DNA of 32,000 nucleotides from positions 1-32,000 of the forward strand of contig CAZECW010000098.1 in assembly GCA_964510585.1 (NCBI GenBank). The letters run 5' to 3'. The notes below the pieces were generated by a model, which did not search any database, was not told the origin of the DNA, and saw only the letters and a program-made list of their open reading frames with translations. Made by a program: the position numbers and the translations under genes. Below are positions 9,580 to 18,223 of the stretch, in pieces; position 1 is the first letter of the stretch; each line of letters starts with the position of its first letter. The DNA comes from an uncultured archaeon. GTDB lineage: Archaea; Asgardarchaeota; Jordiarchaeia; Jordiarchaeales; Jordiarchaeaceae.

Positions 9580-9815
9580 AATTCCTCATTCCTTTCCAAA
9601 CGTACTTGTATTAATTGAGGTCTAACTAGTTTTACTATTTATTTATTCTATAAAGGTTTCGTCTTAATTATGTCATACAAGATACAGAAATCGGAAAAAA
9701 TTAGCCGAAATAAACAAAAAAACAGAAAATTATCTGAAAAAAAATAAGTTGTTTAAGTCTATTGGTTTCCCAAGTTCATAAGGAAAAAGAGAAAAAAATC
9801 CCAAAACAGGAAAAA

Positions 9816-10304
9816 TCAGATATTCTTCTTTAATTCATAGTCCAGAGTTTTGTTCACAAGCCTATCCGCAATCGAATGTTTACCAGTATTTCTTGGAACA
9901 TATGAGTACTTAACACTTTCAAATTTCTTCTCTAAATTTTTAACTTCCAAAAATAACTTTTGCAAGTCACTGTCTCGCACCTCGTACTCACCATTTAACT
10001 GCTTAACAACAAGCTCGCTATCAAGAAAACAATGTATTCTACCCCTAGAATAGGCGAGAGCGTGCTCCAAAGCTTCAATTAACGCTAAATATTCAGATTG
10101 ATTATTTGTGTGGATTCCTATGTACTTTCCATAACTCTTTAAAACCTTATCCTTACCATCGCATAAAACAAAACCAATGGCGGAAGGACCAGGGTTTCCC
10201 CTAGAGCCTCCATCGGAATAGATTAAAAGATCATAACCAGCTGACAAGGGAACCACTTGAATTATGAGGCTATTGTAGCATTTAATCCTTATTATGGATC
10301 TCAT
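9816..10304 (-). CDS. rnhA: Ribonuclease HI (archaeal/actinobacterial type)
   Basis: IYSDGGSRGNPG (D), TNNQSEY (E), LDSELVVKQ (D) and YVPR..ADRL (D). The true start may be downstream (e.g. GTG 10256). Confidence 0.92.
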   Translation of the reverse strand: MRSIIRIKCYNSLIIQVVPLSAGYDLLIYSDGGSRGNPGPSAIGFVLCDGKDKVLKSYGKYIGIHTNNQSEYLALIEALEHALAYSRGRIHCFLDSELVVKQLNGEYEVRDSDLQKLFLEVKNLEKKFESVKYSYVPRNTGKHSIADRLVNKTLDYELKKNI

Positions 10305-11116
10305 TCATGTAGTATAATTTCGACGAGTCTAATTGAAAAAAGGTAAGTCCGAACTGCCTCTTAAAGTTACGTAAAACCGGAAATTACAGGGGAAAAGGGT
10401 CTTCCTGCTGCCCCAAGGCAGCGTTAAAGGGTTTATCCCTAAACCACATTCTGATGGTCCCCCACCATTGGTAGGTCACAAAAATCACCTTCTAGGAAGC
10501 ATAAAGCTTACCCAAGATAATATCATACAGCACCAGACGCCTCGAAAAGTTGAATGGGATCTTAAACCTCTTACCATGAAGCCTCCCTTTCTTGAGGCCT
10601 TCTACTCACTAGTCTGGTGAATGCGCCGTGGCTAGTGGTGGGCATTTGCCTTTGGGTTGGCATAGGGTTGCTTCGATGTATGCCAGGATCTTCTGGACGA
10701 TGATTAGCAACCGGATGTAACCTGGATCATCGCATCTTGGAGAATTTATAACATAACCCCCTTCTATGTATGTTTGCTCTAATGAATTTATAGCGGCGGA
10801 GAAGTCAACTACATGACTCCTATATCAGATTTCTGTTTTTAACAAGGAAGCTAGTTTAAAGTTGTTTTTAGAGAGCCACCTAGAACAATTCCTCGACGCT
10901 TCGGCCCCCGTATAATTTTGACAAGGTTCAGCAAATGCACAGCGACTTTTGATTATTTTGGAAAAAGGCTTATATTCCCCTCAATGAATGTTCTTAAAAA
11001 TTAATCTCGAGTATTCTCGCTAATTATTTTTTGTATGCTTCAAAGGTCAGCAAATGTGCTTCTGAAGTTGTTTACTTGCGTGAATCATTAGAACGGCGTG
11101 GTAGGAAGGTGGAAAG

Positions 11117-12586
11117 TTGATTCAAAGAAATAAGGAGAAGAAGTTTGTTTCTAATAAGGGAGTTACTGAGAATCATTCGAGAATAGCGTTTAGAAGTGAT
11201 TTGACTCCGTTTTTTGAGCCGAAAAGCATCGCAATAATTGGCGCCGTTAAAAGCCTCTGGTTTGGAGGCTTGGTTACTCTCAGTAATTTGAAAAATTTAG
11301 GATACAAGAGAAAAGTCTATCTGGTAAATCCTTCATACCCGGAGGTCGAAGGAATAAAGGTTTATCCCAATATAAAGGAAGTCCCGGACAAGGTGGATTT
11401 GGCTGTAATAATCACTTCTGCCAGGGCTGTACCGGTAATAGTCAGAGACTGTGTGGAGAAAGGTGTGAAAGGAGCGGTTATTGTAGCTGATGGTTTTGCT
11501 GAGAGAGACGAAGAGGGAGCGAAGCTTCAGCAAGAAATAGTGAACATTTCCAAGCAGACTGGGATAAGAATATTGGGACCCAACACTATTGGGGTTGTCA
11601 ACCCCTATTCAGGCGTTATTACAACGCCTTACCCTCTGGGATACAAAAGTATTAGGAAAGGACACGTAGCACTGGCAGCTCAGACAGGAATTATAGGCGC
11701 ACAAGCATTTCCCTTCGAAGAACTACAGTATGGCGTCAGCAAAATATGCGATTTTAGTAACAAGTGTGACGTTAACGAGACGGATCTATTGGAATATCTG
11801 GAAGATGATCCAAAGACCAAAGTAATTGCATTGCACATCGAAGATATTAGAGATGGAAAGCGGTTTTTAAAAGTGGCAAAAAGAGTAGTTAAAAAGAAGC
11901 CAATACTAGTATATAAGCCGGGAAGAACCAGCGAGAGCAAAAAGGCTTTAGCATCCCACACAGGATCCATTGCTGGGGATCAGAAGATATATGAGGCAGC
12001 TTTCAGGCAGGCTGGACTAATTCAGGTAAACTCTTTTTCTGAATTATTACAGATAGCTAAAGCCTTTGGATACCAGCCGCTTCCCAAAGGAAATAGGCTG
12101 GGTATAGTCACCATCACGGGAGGCGCTGGCATTATGGCAATAGACACAGCGGTAGAGTGGGGATTAGTTTTAGCTAAATTGTCAGATGAGAGTAATGAAA
12201 AGTTGTTTAGAATTCACGCCACCATGGTTGGTAACCCCTCAGACATAGGGCCGGCAATGCCCACTCTACAGGATCCCATTACGCCTTATAAAAAAGCGAT
12301 TGAGGTTTTCTATCAAGACCCCAACGTTGACTGTTTGCTAATTACATTTTATGCCTTTCCCGGAGTCACTCCAGAACTCTACGTAGATATGCTCAAGGAA
12401 GTTCGAGGCTCTGTGGAAAAGCCAGCAGCAATCTGGATTTACGGACCTAGTAATGAGAGCATCAACAAGATTTACAAAGCTCTTGAAGCTGCGGATTACC
12501 CTGCCTATCTGGATATAGATATGGCTGTCAAAGCATTAGGAGCAATGTACCAATATACCCAGATCAAATCCAAGTGGGGTACCTAA
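11117..12586 (+). CDS. ADP-forming acyl-CoA synthetase (acetate--CoA ligase) alpha-type subunit
   Basis: FFEPKSIAIIGA, YLVNP, RILGPNTIG, phospho-His motif SHTGS, and GGAGIMA..GNPSD. No ATP-grasp domain is fused. Confidence 0.9.
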   Translation: MIQRNKEKKFVSNKGVTENHSRIAFRSDLTPFFEPKSIAIIGAVKSLWFGGLVTLSNLKNLGYKRKVYLVNPSYPEVEGIKVYPNIKEVPDKVDLAVIITSARAVPVIVRDCVEKGVKGAVIVADGFAERDEEGAKLQQEIVNISKQTGIRILGPNTIGVVNPYSGVITTPYPLGYKSIRKGHVALAAQTGIIGAQAFPFEELQYGVSKICDFSNKCDVNETDLLEYLEDDPKTKVIALHIEDIRDGKRFLKVAKRVVKKKPILVYKPGRTSESKKALASHTGSIAGDQKIYEAAFRQAGLIQVNSFSELLQIAKAFGYQPLPKGNRLGIVTITGGAGIMAIDTAVEWGLVLAKLSDESNEKLFRIHATMVGNPSDIGPAMPTLQDPITPYKKAIEVFYQDPNVDCLLITFYAFPGVTPELYVDMLKEVRGSVEKPAAIWIYGPSNESINKIYKALEAADYPAYLDIDMAVKALGAMYQYTQIKSKWGT

Positions 12587-12679
12587 TAAAATCATTAAAA
12601 AATGGTTCGTCTCTTTGCGATGTGGAATAGGTGTATTTAAAAATGCGAGTTACATAAAAATTCATACTGATTAGAACAT

Positions 12680-12700
12680 TAAACCGTCGGCAACGGTTTA
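12680..12700. terminator. 8-bp hairpin downstream of the acyl-CoA synthetase gene
   Basis: TAAACCGT-CGGCA-ACGGTTTA followed by a T-rich tract. Confidence 0.35.
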
Positions 12701-12720
12701 GTCGGTGTTTATTTAGACTT

Positions 12721-12733
12721 AAAATTTATAAAT
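12721..12733 (+). promoter_or_regulatory. TATA-like box upstream of the 89-aa gene
   Basis: AAAATTTATAAAT about 55 nt upstream of ATG 12789. Confidence 0.4.
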
Positions 12734-12788
12734 GGTGACAGGGGTAAAAGGGATAGGGAAGGTCATAATGTGATTCGGTGGAGACCTA

Positions 12789-13058
12789 ATGTCTAAAGAA
12801 TTTAAAGATGTTTGGGATTATTACTACACCACAAGTATGGGTAGAGAGGGAGAACAAATCATCGTAATCCATGCCACCGCACAAGCGAAAAAGCTGGCTA
12901 AGCTAGGGTTAAACGATTCAGCCAAAATTAAGAAACTCTGGCTCGACGTTATAAAACAAGTTCCCTTTTTCAGCGATAATGCGGTCAGCACAGATTTTGA
13001 AATAAAAATTGAGGGGGATAGTGTCGAAGCAACCATTACAATAACCCAAAAAACATAA
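12789..13058 (+). CDS. Hypothetical 89-aa alpha/beta protein
   Basis: GGTGGAG SD before ATG, upstream TATA, protein-like composition. Confidence 0.7.
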   Translation: MSKEFKDVWDYYYTTSMGREGEQIIVIHATAQAKKLAKLGLNDSAKIKKLWLDVIKQVPFFSDNAVSTDFEIKIEGDSVEATITITQKT

Positions 13059-13067
13059 AGAAACTTC

Positions 13068-13101
13068 GGCGACTCATCCTCGACACTAAGTGGTGAAGCT
13101 T
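13068..13101 (-). mobile_element. Possible highly degenerate IS200/IS605-type end
   Basis: GGCGACTCATCCTCGACACTAAGTGGTGAAGCTT resembles the reverse complement of the intact left end at 331-371 (GGCGATTCATCCCCGCGACTAAAGTCGGGGGCTTT). Confidence 0.35.
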
Positions 13102-13395
13102 AAATTGGCGGATTTTTTTGCTTTTTCCGAAGGACATTGTAATGTGAGTGCATTTTTGAATAGGTTTACATGTATTCGTCTGTGAAATGAGTGCAGAGGG
13201 CTCCCCTGAAGCCCTATTTCCAGCTAAGTTCTAAAGTAGGGGTGTTAGGACGCCTTTGCATAAAAAAATAGGAAACATCTTATCATGTTCTTTTCCCAAT
13301 TGTAAAAACTTAAATAAAACTCATTTACCTAAATTATATTAAGCGGTATACAATTCCGATTCTTAGATTATCTGTAATGGTGGTGCAATGACACC

Positions 13396-14010
13396 TTGAT
13401 ACATGGAATATACATAATCGAGGCCTGTAGTGGCATATGTTTAGTCTCGCGAAAGTATGGAGATGTGGAAATAGATGATGGGCTTATAAGTGGTTTCTTA
13501 ACAGCATTGCAACAGTTCTCCTCAGAGTTATCTATACGGAAGGATCAACCAGCAATCCTTCGCGAAGTGGAAATGAAGAGTTATAACATAATTTATGAAA
13601 AACGGGGAGAAACCACAGTTGTAGCATGTGTTGACAGGGGGGATAACGAGAAGGTTCTCCGTGAGACTTTGGTCAAAATAGCAGACAACTTTCTTGAGAG
13701 ATTCGGCAATTACCTTAAGAACTGGCGGGGCGACACTAAACTCTTTAAAGAGTTTTTGCCCTTGATTGATAAATTGACCTTGGATGGTAAGATTGCTGAG
13801 CTTGCAGTTCCGAAACCACTCCTAAAAAAGAAAATTCCCAAGTCCATTATTAAAATGGGGGTATTTTTGGAGGAGGACGCTTTTAAAGTGGCTAATTTTT
13901 GTGATGGGACAAAATCCAAAGAAGAAATCGCTGAAGAAACTGGTTTTACTGTAGAAAAAGTAGGTGAAATATTGGAAAAACTGGAAAAAATGGGCTTGAT
14001 TGAAATGTAG
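13396..14010 (+). CDS. Longin-domain + C-terminal winged-HTH protein (NPRL2/Npr2-like architecture)
   Basis: N-terminal IHGIYII..SGICLVSRKY..DDGLISGFLTALQQFSSEL..FLERF is an Asgard longin pattern. C-terminal FCDGTKSKEEIAEETGFTVEKVGEILEKLEKMGLI is a wHTH. Confidence 0.8.
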   Translation: MIHGIYIIEACSGICLVSRKYGDVEIDDGLISGFLTALQQFSSELSIRKDQPAILREVEMKSYNIIYEKRGETTVVACVDRGDNEKVLRETLVKIADNFLERFGNYLKNWRGDTKLFKEFLPLIDKLTLDGKIAELAVPKPLLKKKIPKSIIKMGVFLEEDAFKVANFCDGTKSKEEIAEETGFTVEKVGEILEKLEKMGLIEM

Positions 14011-14048
14011 CGTAGACTTCCCATCCTCGGGGAGGCCAATATTTAAGT

Positions 14049-14897
14049 CTACTCGATTTCTTCGTATCGTATGCCATAGTATATAAGGATCAGTGCAATC
14101 ATAGCAAGTGCGGGCGCTAATACTATCGATAACAATGTAGACAAGTATGTTTTAATTAGCGCGGCTTGAAGCACTCTGCCCACATAGTAAATTGTGAAAC
14201 CGAATCCAAGAAGGAGGGCTCTTTTTCTAATAGTTCCAATTCCCTGCCAAGCCACATAGAAGAATATCAGGGGAATAATGATTGCGTATATTGCTGCTAA
14301 AACATAGTTTAATGCTATGTAAATTATGCCACTGGGCTGGTAAAGAAACCCTACAATTATGGGAATCTGGGAACTAAAGCCAAAGTTTAGGAAGGTAATA
14401 ATAGGATCCTCAAGAAAAATGAATTGTGGCACAAAGTAGTTTAACAACTCAATTTCAAAGGAGAAAAGTAGGTTTTCAGGCACTAAGAGTATGGCAAAAG
14501 CGGCGATGAATGGTAATACGGGAATTGCCCTTTGTAATGTTTTATTTTCTAGTAGAGTCAGAACCATACCTAATGTGAGCCAGCCTAAAGCTATCCATTC
14601 CCAGAAGGAACCTAAACGCCAGAACCAAGGATTAATCAGGAAGTAGCCGAAGAGGGGATCTTTGGAAAGTAGATATACGCTTGGAACCAGATAGAAGTCG
14701 TAAATTAAGAAAAATATTCTGCCAATGGTTAGAGAAAGGAAAAACACACCTAAGCCAAGCAGGAACATGTTTTTTGTCTGTCTCCATTTAAAGAAGTAGA
14801 GATATATAAACAGCAGGAGATAAAGAGAAATGTTGATAAACCATAAACCTAAACCAAGAGAATCCAAAACATATCCTGAAGGTATCATTACGAACAC
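14049..14897 (-). CDS. Stand-alone seven-TM membrane protein (7TM sensor-like)
   Basis: About 7 hydrophobic segments; internal repeat LLGLGVFFLSLTIGRI / LLGFGFTIYYVGRV; no cytoplasmic output domain. Confidence 0.75.
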   Translation of the reverse strand: MFVMIPSGYVLDSLGLGLWFINISLYLLLFIYLYFFKWRQTKNMFLLGLGVFFLSLTIGRIFFLIYDFYLVPSVYLLSKDPLFGYFLINPWFWRLGSFWEWIALGWLTLGMVLTLLENKTLQRAIPVLPFIAAFAILLVPENLLFSFEIELLNYFVPQFIFLEDPIITFLNFGFSSQIPIIVGFLYQPSGIIYIALNYVLAAIYAIIIPLIFFYVAWQGIGTIRKRALLLGFGFTIYYVGRVLQAALIKTYLSTLLSIVLAPALAMIALILIYYGIRYEEIE

Positions 14898-15225
14898 CTT
14901 AATGGATCATTTTTTGATCTGTAAATTTTTCATTTTGTTGGTTAAACTCAAAAACACTAATTAAACAGTTTATATGAAAATAATTATCTCTTTTAATTTA
15001 TGAAGGTTTTTATATCAAGCAAAATTGCATAACGTGAAATAAGACTCGGAGTTTTTAAAAAGGTATCATAACTGGTCAAGTGTTAAATTAGGTTTGTTTC
15101 CAGAATCACCAAAAACGGCTGAAAATCCACTCTCACTCAAAGAAAAAGGAGAGAAATAAGGAAAAATGGCTAAAACAAATTTAACGCAGTTAATAATAAA
15201 ATGAACTTTATGAGTTGTGGGTAAA

Positions 15226-16035
15226 ATGAGACTGGGATACGCGTCGGGATGCTTTTTGGAAAGGCGAAAAGGTTTTGTTATTCCGCGTCCTATTCCAGAT
15301 GAGTTAAAAAATTATTCGGTTGAACTCCAAGTTGGGAGGGGATACGACTATTCCCATTTTAATAATATAGTTTCAATTCACCTTCCTTTTACGCATTATA
15401 AGGAATCAAGAGTGAAGGGCACTAAAGTTTATGAGAAATTGAGAGAGGTGAACATAGCATCACTAAATCAGGAATTCTGGGCGGAAGACCTAGCAGTCTT
15501 TAAAGAACACATCAAAGAGGCTGCTTGTAGAGGAATAAAGTATGCAGTTTTCCACTATGGTAGCTGTAATTGTGGGAGCCGACTTTTGCGTGATGAAAAG
15601 CATAGAAAACTCCACTGGAACAGAGAAAAAGAGTTTTTGGAAGAGCTTAACCAGTTGGCTAAAAATAGTGGAATCAGGTTGCTGGCCGAAAATCATCCCT
15701 ATGGTGATGGAGTTTTTTTGAGCCACGTTAAACACATTTCTGAGATAGTTGATAACGGTTATGCAGAGATATGCTTAGATTTTCCTCACGCGTTTTATCG
15801 TTCTGTAAAATTCGGCAATGCCAACTTGGATGAGATTATAAACAAGTTCCGGAATAGCATACAAGAAATACACTTGGCGGACAATGATGGATTAAGCCAT
15901 GCCCCTCTGGCACTTGATAGAGGAAGCATTGACTGGAGGAAACTGATTCCCCTTTTCAAAAGTTCCCTTTTAGTCATAATTGAGTTGAGAGAAAACCCTC
16001 TTGAATCACTAAAGAAAGCTTTGGAGGTACTATAA
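15226..16035 (+). CDS. Xylose-isomerase-like / AP-endonuclease-2 TIM-barrel metalloenzyme
   Basis: Metal ligands in LLAENH, CLDFPHA, EIHLADNDG..H and IIELR. ATG 15226 (ORF track GTG 15217). Confidence 0.8.
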   Translation: MRLGYASGCFLERRKGFVIPRPIPDELKNYSVELQVGRGYDYSHFNNIVSIHLPFTHYKESRVKGTKVYEKLREVNIASLNQEFWAEDLAVFKEHIKEAACRGIKYAVFHYGSCNCGSRLLRDEKHRKLHWNREKEFLEELNQLAKNSGIRLLAENHPYGDGVFLSHVKHISEIVDNGYAEICLDFPHAFYRSVKFGNANLDEIINKFRNSIQEIHLADNDGLSHAPLALDRGSIDWRKLIPLFKSSLLVIIELRENPLESLKKALEVL

Positions 16036-16101
16036 GAATACGGAATGGAGTAAGTATCCAGATTAATAGTTTTTGGAACAGAACCCCTGGCTATTTATGT
16101 T

Positions 16102-17361
16102 TTACTTTGACATTATTATGGTTATTTTTTGGAACGCTCGATAAAATACATCCGCCACAGAGAAAAATGCTCGTCCCGCTTTACTTATGGGCGAGCTCTT
16201 TTCAGGGTAGCCCCAATCATACAATGGCTTTCTTAGCAGCATTTCTAGTCCCAATGGTATTTCCAGTTTACAGCTTAGCGAAAGTTCAGAGAATTTTTGA
16301 ATCCCCTTCCGCTGCAAATATTCTTCGGGATCATAAAAACTGTCTCTTCTGAGGTCTGAAACCTTTTTCAGTATCTCATTCACGTATAGTTGGATTTCTC
16401 TCATTTTTTGTAGCATTTCGGAATCAAATAATTTTGTTGACTCACATTTTTTATATAATGATTTTATTTCGTCGGGAACTTTTTCAATGGGAGTTCTCCA
16501 AAGTATTTTTTCAAGCTTTGAGATTAGGCTTTTCTGCTTAGAATCTTTGCTCTTTCTTTTAAGCTTTGTTAAAATGGAGTCCAAATAAACTACGCGTTCA
16601 AGGTAACCCTCAAAATCAATATCTAAATTGTCCTTAAATTCTTGGGGTTTAATCAAATAGAACATGTAAAGTTCACGAGTTTCCTCCTCCGCCCCCGCCT
16701 TTTTGAAAAATTCTTTGGCCGTCTGGTACAAATTGGTCAATATTTTGGATTTACTCAAGAACGAATAGATGTTTCTCTTTAATTCGTTGTATGCCTTGAG
16801 CTCCTTATTCCTAATCAAGCCCACCGCATGATCTCCTGGTTTAAAGTAGAATGAGTAGTTTTCAAGTGCCTTCTCAAGAGAATCATATACTCCCAGATAA
16901 TCTTTAAACAGTGCGGGGTAACCATGAGCTGCGGTATTAAAACTGTAGTAAGCCCTTTTACCCTTCTGGGAGGGATAGGACAAAATGATGATTCTTTCCA
17001 AATCTCCAGGATGATGCACTGATGAGGGGGCAATGACAAAGCCTTTACTATAGGCCATTAAAACATATATGGTGTATCTCTCCTCGTCCTTTTTCAATCC
17101 GGGTAGCTTAAATATGAAACCAATTTTTTCTACAAGGGCTTCTTCCTGTTTCATCCATTCCTGTGATAATAAATAGTAGGCCTTCCTGTCAATTTCTTTG
17201 GAGAAGTACTGGAAGATTCCCTTAATGTCTCTACTTTTCGCTAGGGATTCCATCTTTTCAAGGATGGATTCTACTGATTTTGAGAATTTTTTGGAAACAT
17301 ACTCTAGACTCTTTTTCTCGTATATTTCGTCCTTCCTAGACATATAGACTTTAACTTTCAT
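16102..17361 (-). CDS. Hypothetical protein with Vps62/NPP1-like core motif and helical C-terminal region
   Basis: 419-aa ORF with the ordered motifs YTIYVLMAY..HHPGDLERIII..NTAAHG..FYFKPGDHAV. Confidence 0.6.
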   Translation of the reverse strand: MKVKVYMSRKDEIYEKKSLEYVSKKFSKSVESILEKMESLAKSRDIKGIFQYFSKEIDRKAYYLLSQEWMKQEEALVEKIGFIFKLPGLKKDEERYTIYVLMAYSKGFVIAPSSVHHPGDLERIIILSYPSQKGKRAYYSFNTAAHGYPALFKDYLGVYDSLEKALENYSFYFKPGDHAVGLIRNKELKAYNELKRNIYSFLSKSKILTNLYQTAKEFFKKAGAEEETRELYMFYLIKPQEFKDNLDIDFEGYLERVVYLDSILTKLKRKSKDSKQKSLISKLEKILWRTPIEKVPDEIKSLYKKCESTKLFDSEMLQKMREIQLYVNEILKKVSDLRRDSFYDPEEYLQRKGIQKFSELSLSCKLEIPLGLEMLLRKPLYDWGYPEKSSPISKAGRAFFSVADVFYRAFQKITIIMSK

Positions 17362-17603
17362 ATGCTGTAAACCCTTCGATCTAACTAGTGAAGTTTACGG
17401 TCTGAATATTCAGCTATAGAGAACCTTAACCTAGTGTATAGAATTACTCTGTGGAATTATAAAGATAACTTATTAAAAAACTATATTTGCGACTATTATT
17501 AAAAAGTTTTAAATAATATGCTGTTTCAAACACTCTTCAACTAGAGAGGAAATAAAAAAGATATTGAAAATATGGAGGAAGCTAAGAAGAATGTAATTTA
17601 GTA

Positions 17604-18194
17604 ATGGAGGCTTATTTGATGAAACTGGAAGTAACGCTATTCGAAAAGGCAGGAATGCAAAATACGGAGGAAACGCTCAAAATCGCGAAAAAATTTGCCG
17701 AGGAAAACAATATTAGAGATATAGTTATTGCCAGCTCCACAGGAGAAACTGCAATTAAAGCTACACAAATTTTCGACTTGAATAAATTTAACATCGTGGT
17801 AGTCACCCATGCTTATGGTTTTGTGAAACCGGGATACCAAGAAATGCCTGACGAGACAAGAAAGAAGCTGACAGATAAAGGCATAAAGGTATTTACAGCG
17901 GGCCACGCACTCGCAGGGGCGGAAAGAGCCTTCAGAAAGAGTTTAAACATGTGGTTACCCGTGGAACTAATTGCTCGGTTCCTAAGATCCACAGTTTGCG
18001 ACGGTTTCAAAGTATGCATAGAAATCTCCGCTATGGCTGCTGACGCCGGACTTGTTCCAGTAGACAAAGACGTAATAGCTATTGGGGGAACAGGTAAAGG
18101 CAGTGACACAGCAGTGCTACTCAGACCCGCCTACTCCTCAGACCTCCTCGACACAAAGGTGAGAGCAATACTCTGCAAACCGAGAGACTTCTAA
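17604..18194 (+). CDS. Pyruvate-kinase C-terminal-domain-like protein (COG1751 / MTH1675 family)
   Basis: LFEKAGMQNTEETL, IVIASSTGETA, VVVTHAYG, GFKVCIEISAMAADAG, IAIGGTGKGSDTAV and ILCKP. Confidence 0.88.
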   Translation: MEAYLMKLEVTLFEKAGMQNTEETLKIAKKFAEENNIRDIVIASSTGETAIKATQIFDLNKFNIVVVTHAYGFVKPGYQEMPDETRKKLTDKGIKVFTAGHALAGAERAFRKSLNMWLPVELIARFLRSTVCDGFKVCIEISAMAADAGLVPVDKDVIAIGGTGKGSDTAVLLRPAYSSDLLDTKVRAILCKPRDF

Positions 18195-18223
18195 CCAAAG
18201 CCGCCATCATTTAGGGGTTACTT

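Noticed and set aside
10335-10360. AAGGTAAGTCCGAAC resembles the RNase P RNA 5' GAGGAAAGUCC motif
   Set aside because: Mismatched, and no matching 3' P4 (CAGAA..GGCTTA) motif at a suitable distance
10610-10830. Minus-strand frame ..SPRCDDPGYIRLLIIVQKILAYIEATLCQPKGKCPP..
   Set aside because: No start codon with SD and no recognisable motif; cannot support a CDS or pseudogene call
17604-18194. Possible link of the COG1751 PK_C-like gene to the nearby homocysteine pair
   Set aside because: Separated by an oppositely oriented gene; no evidence in the sequence
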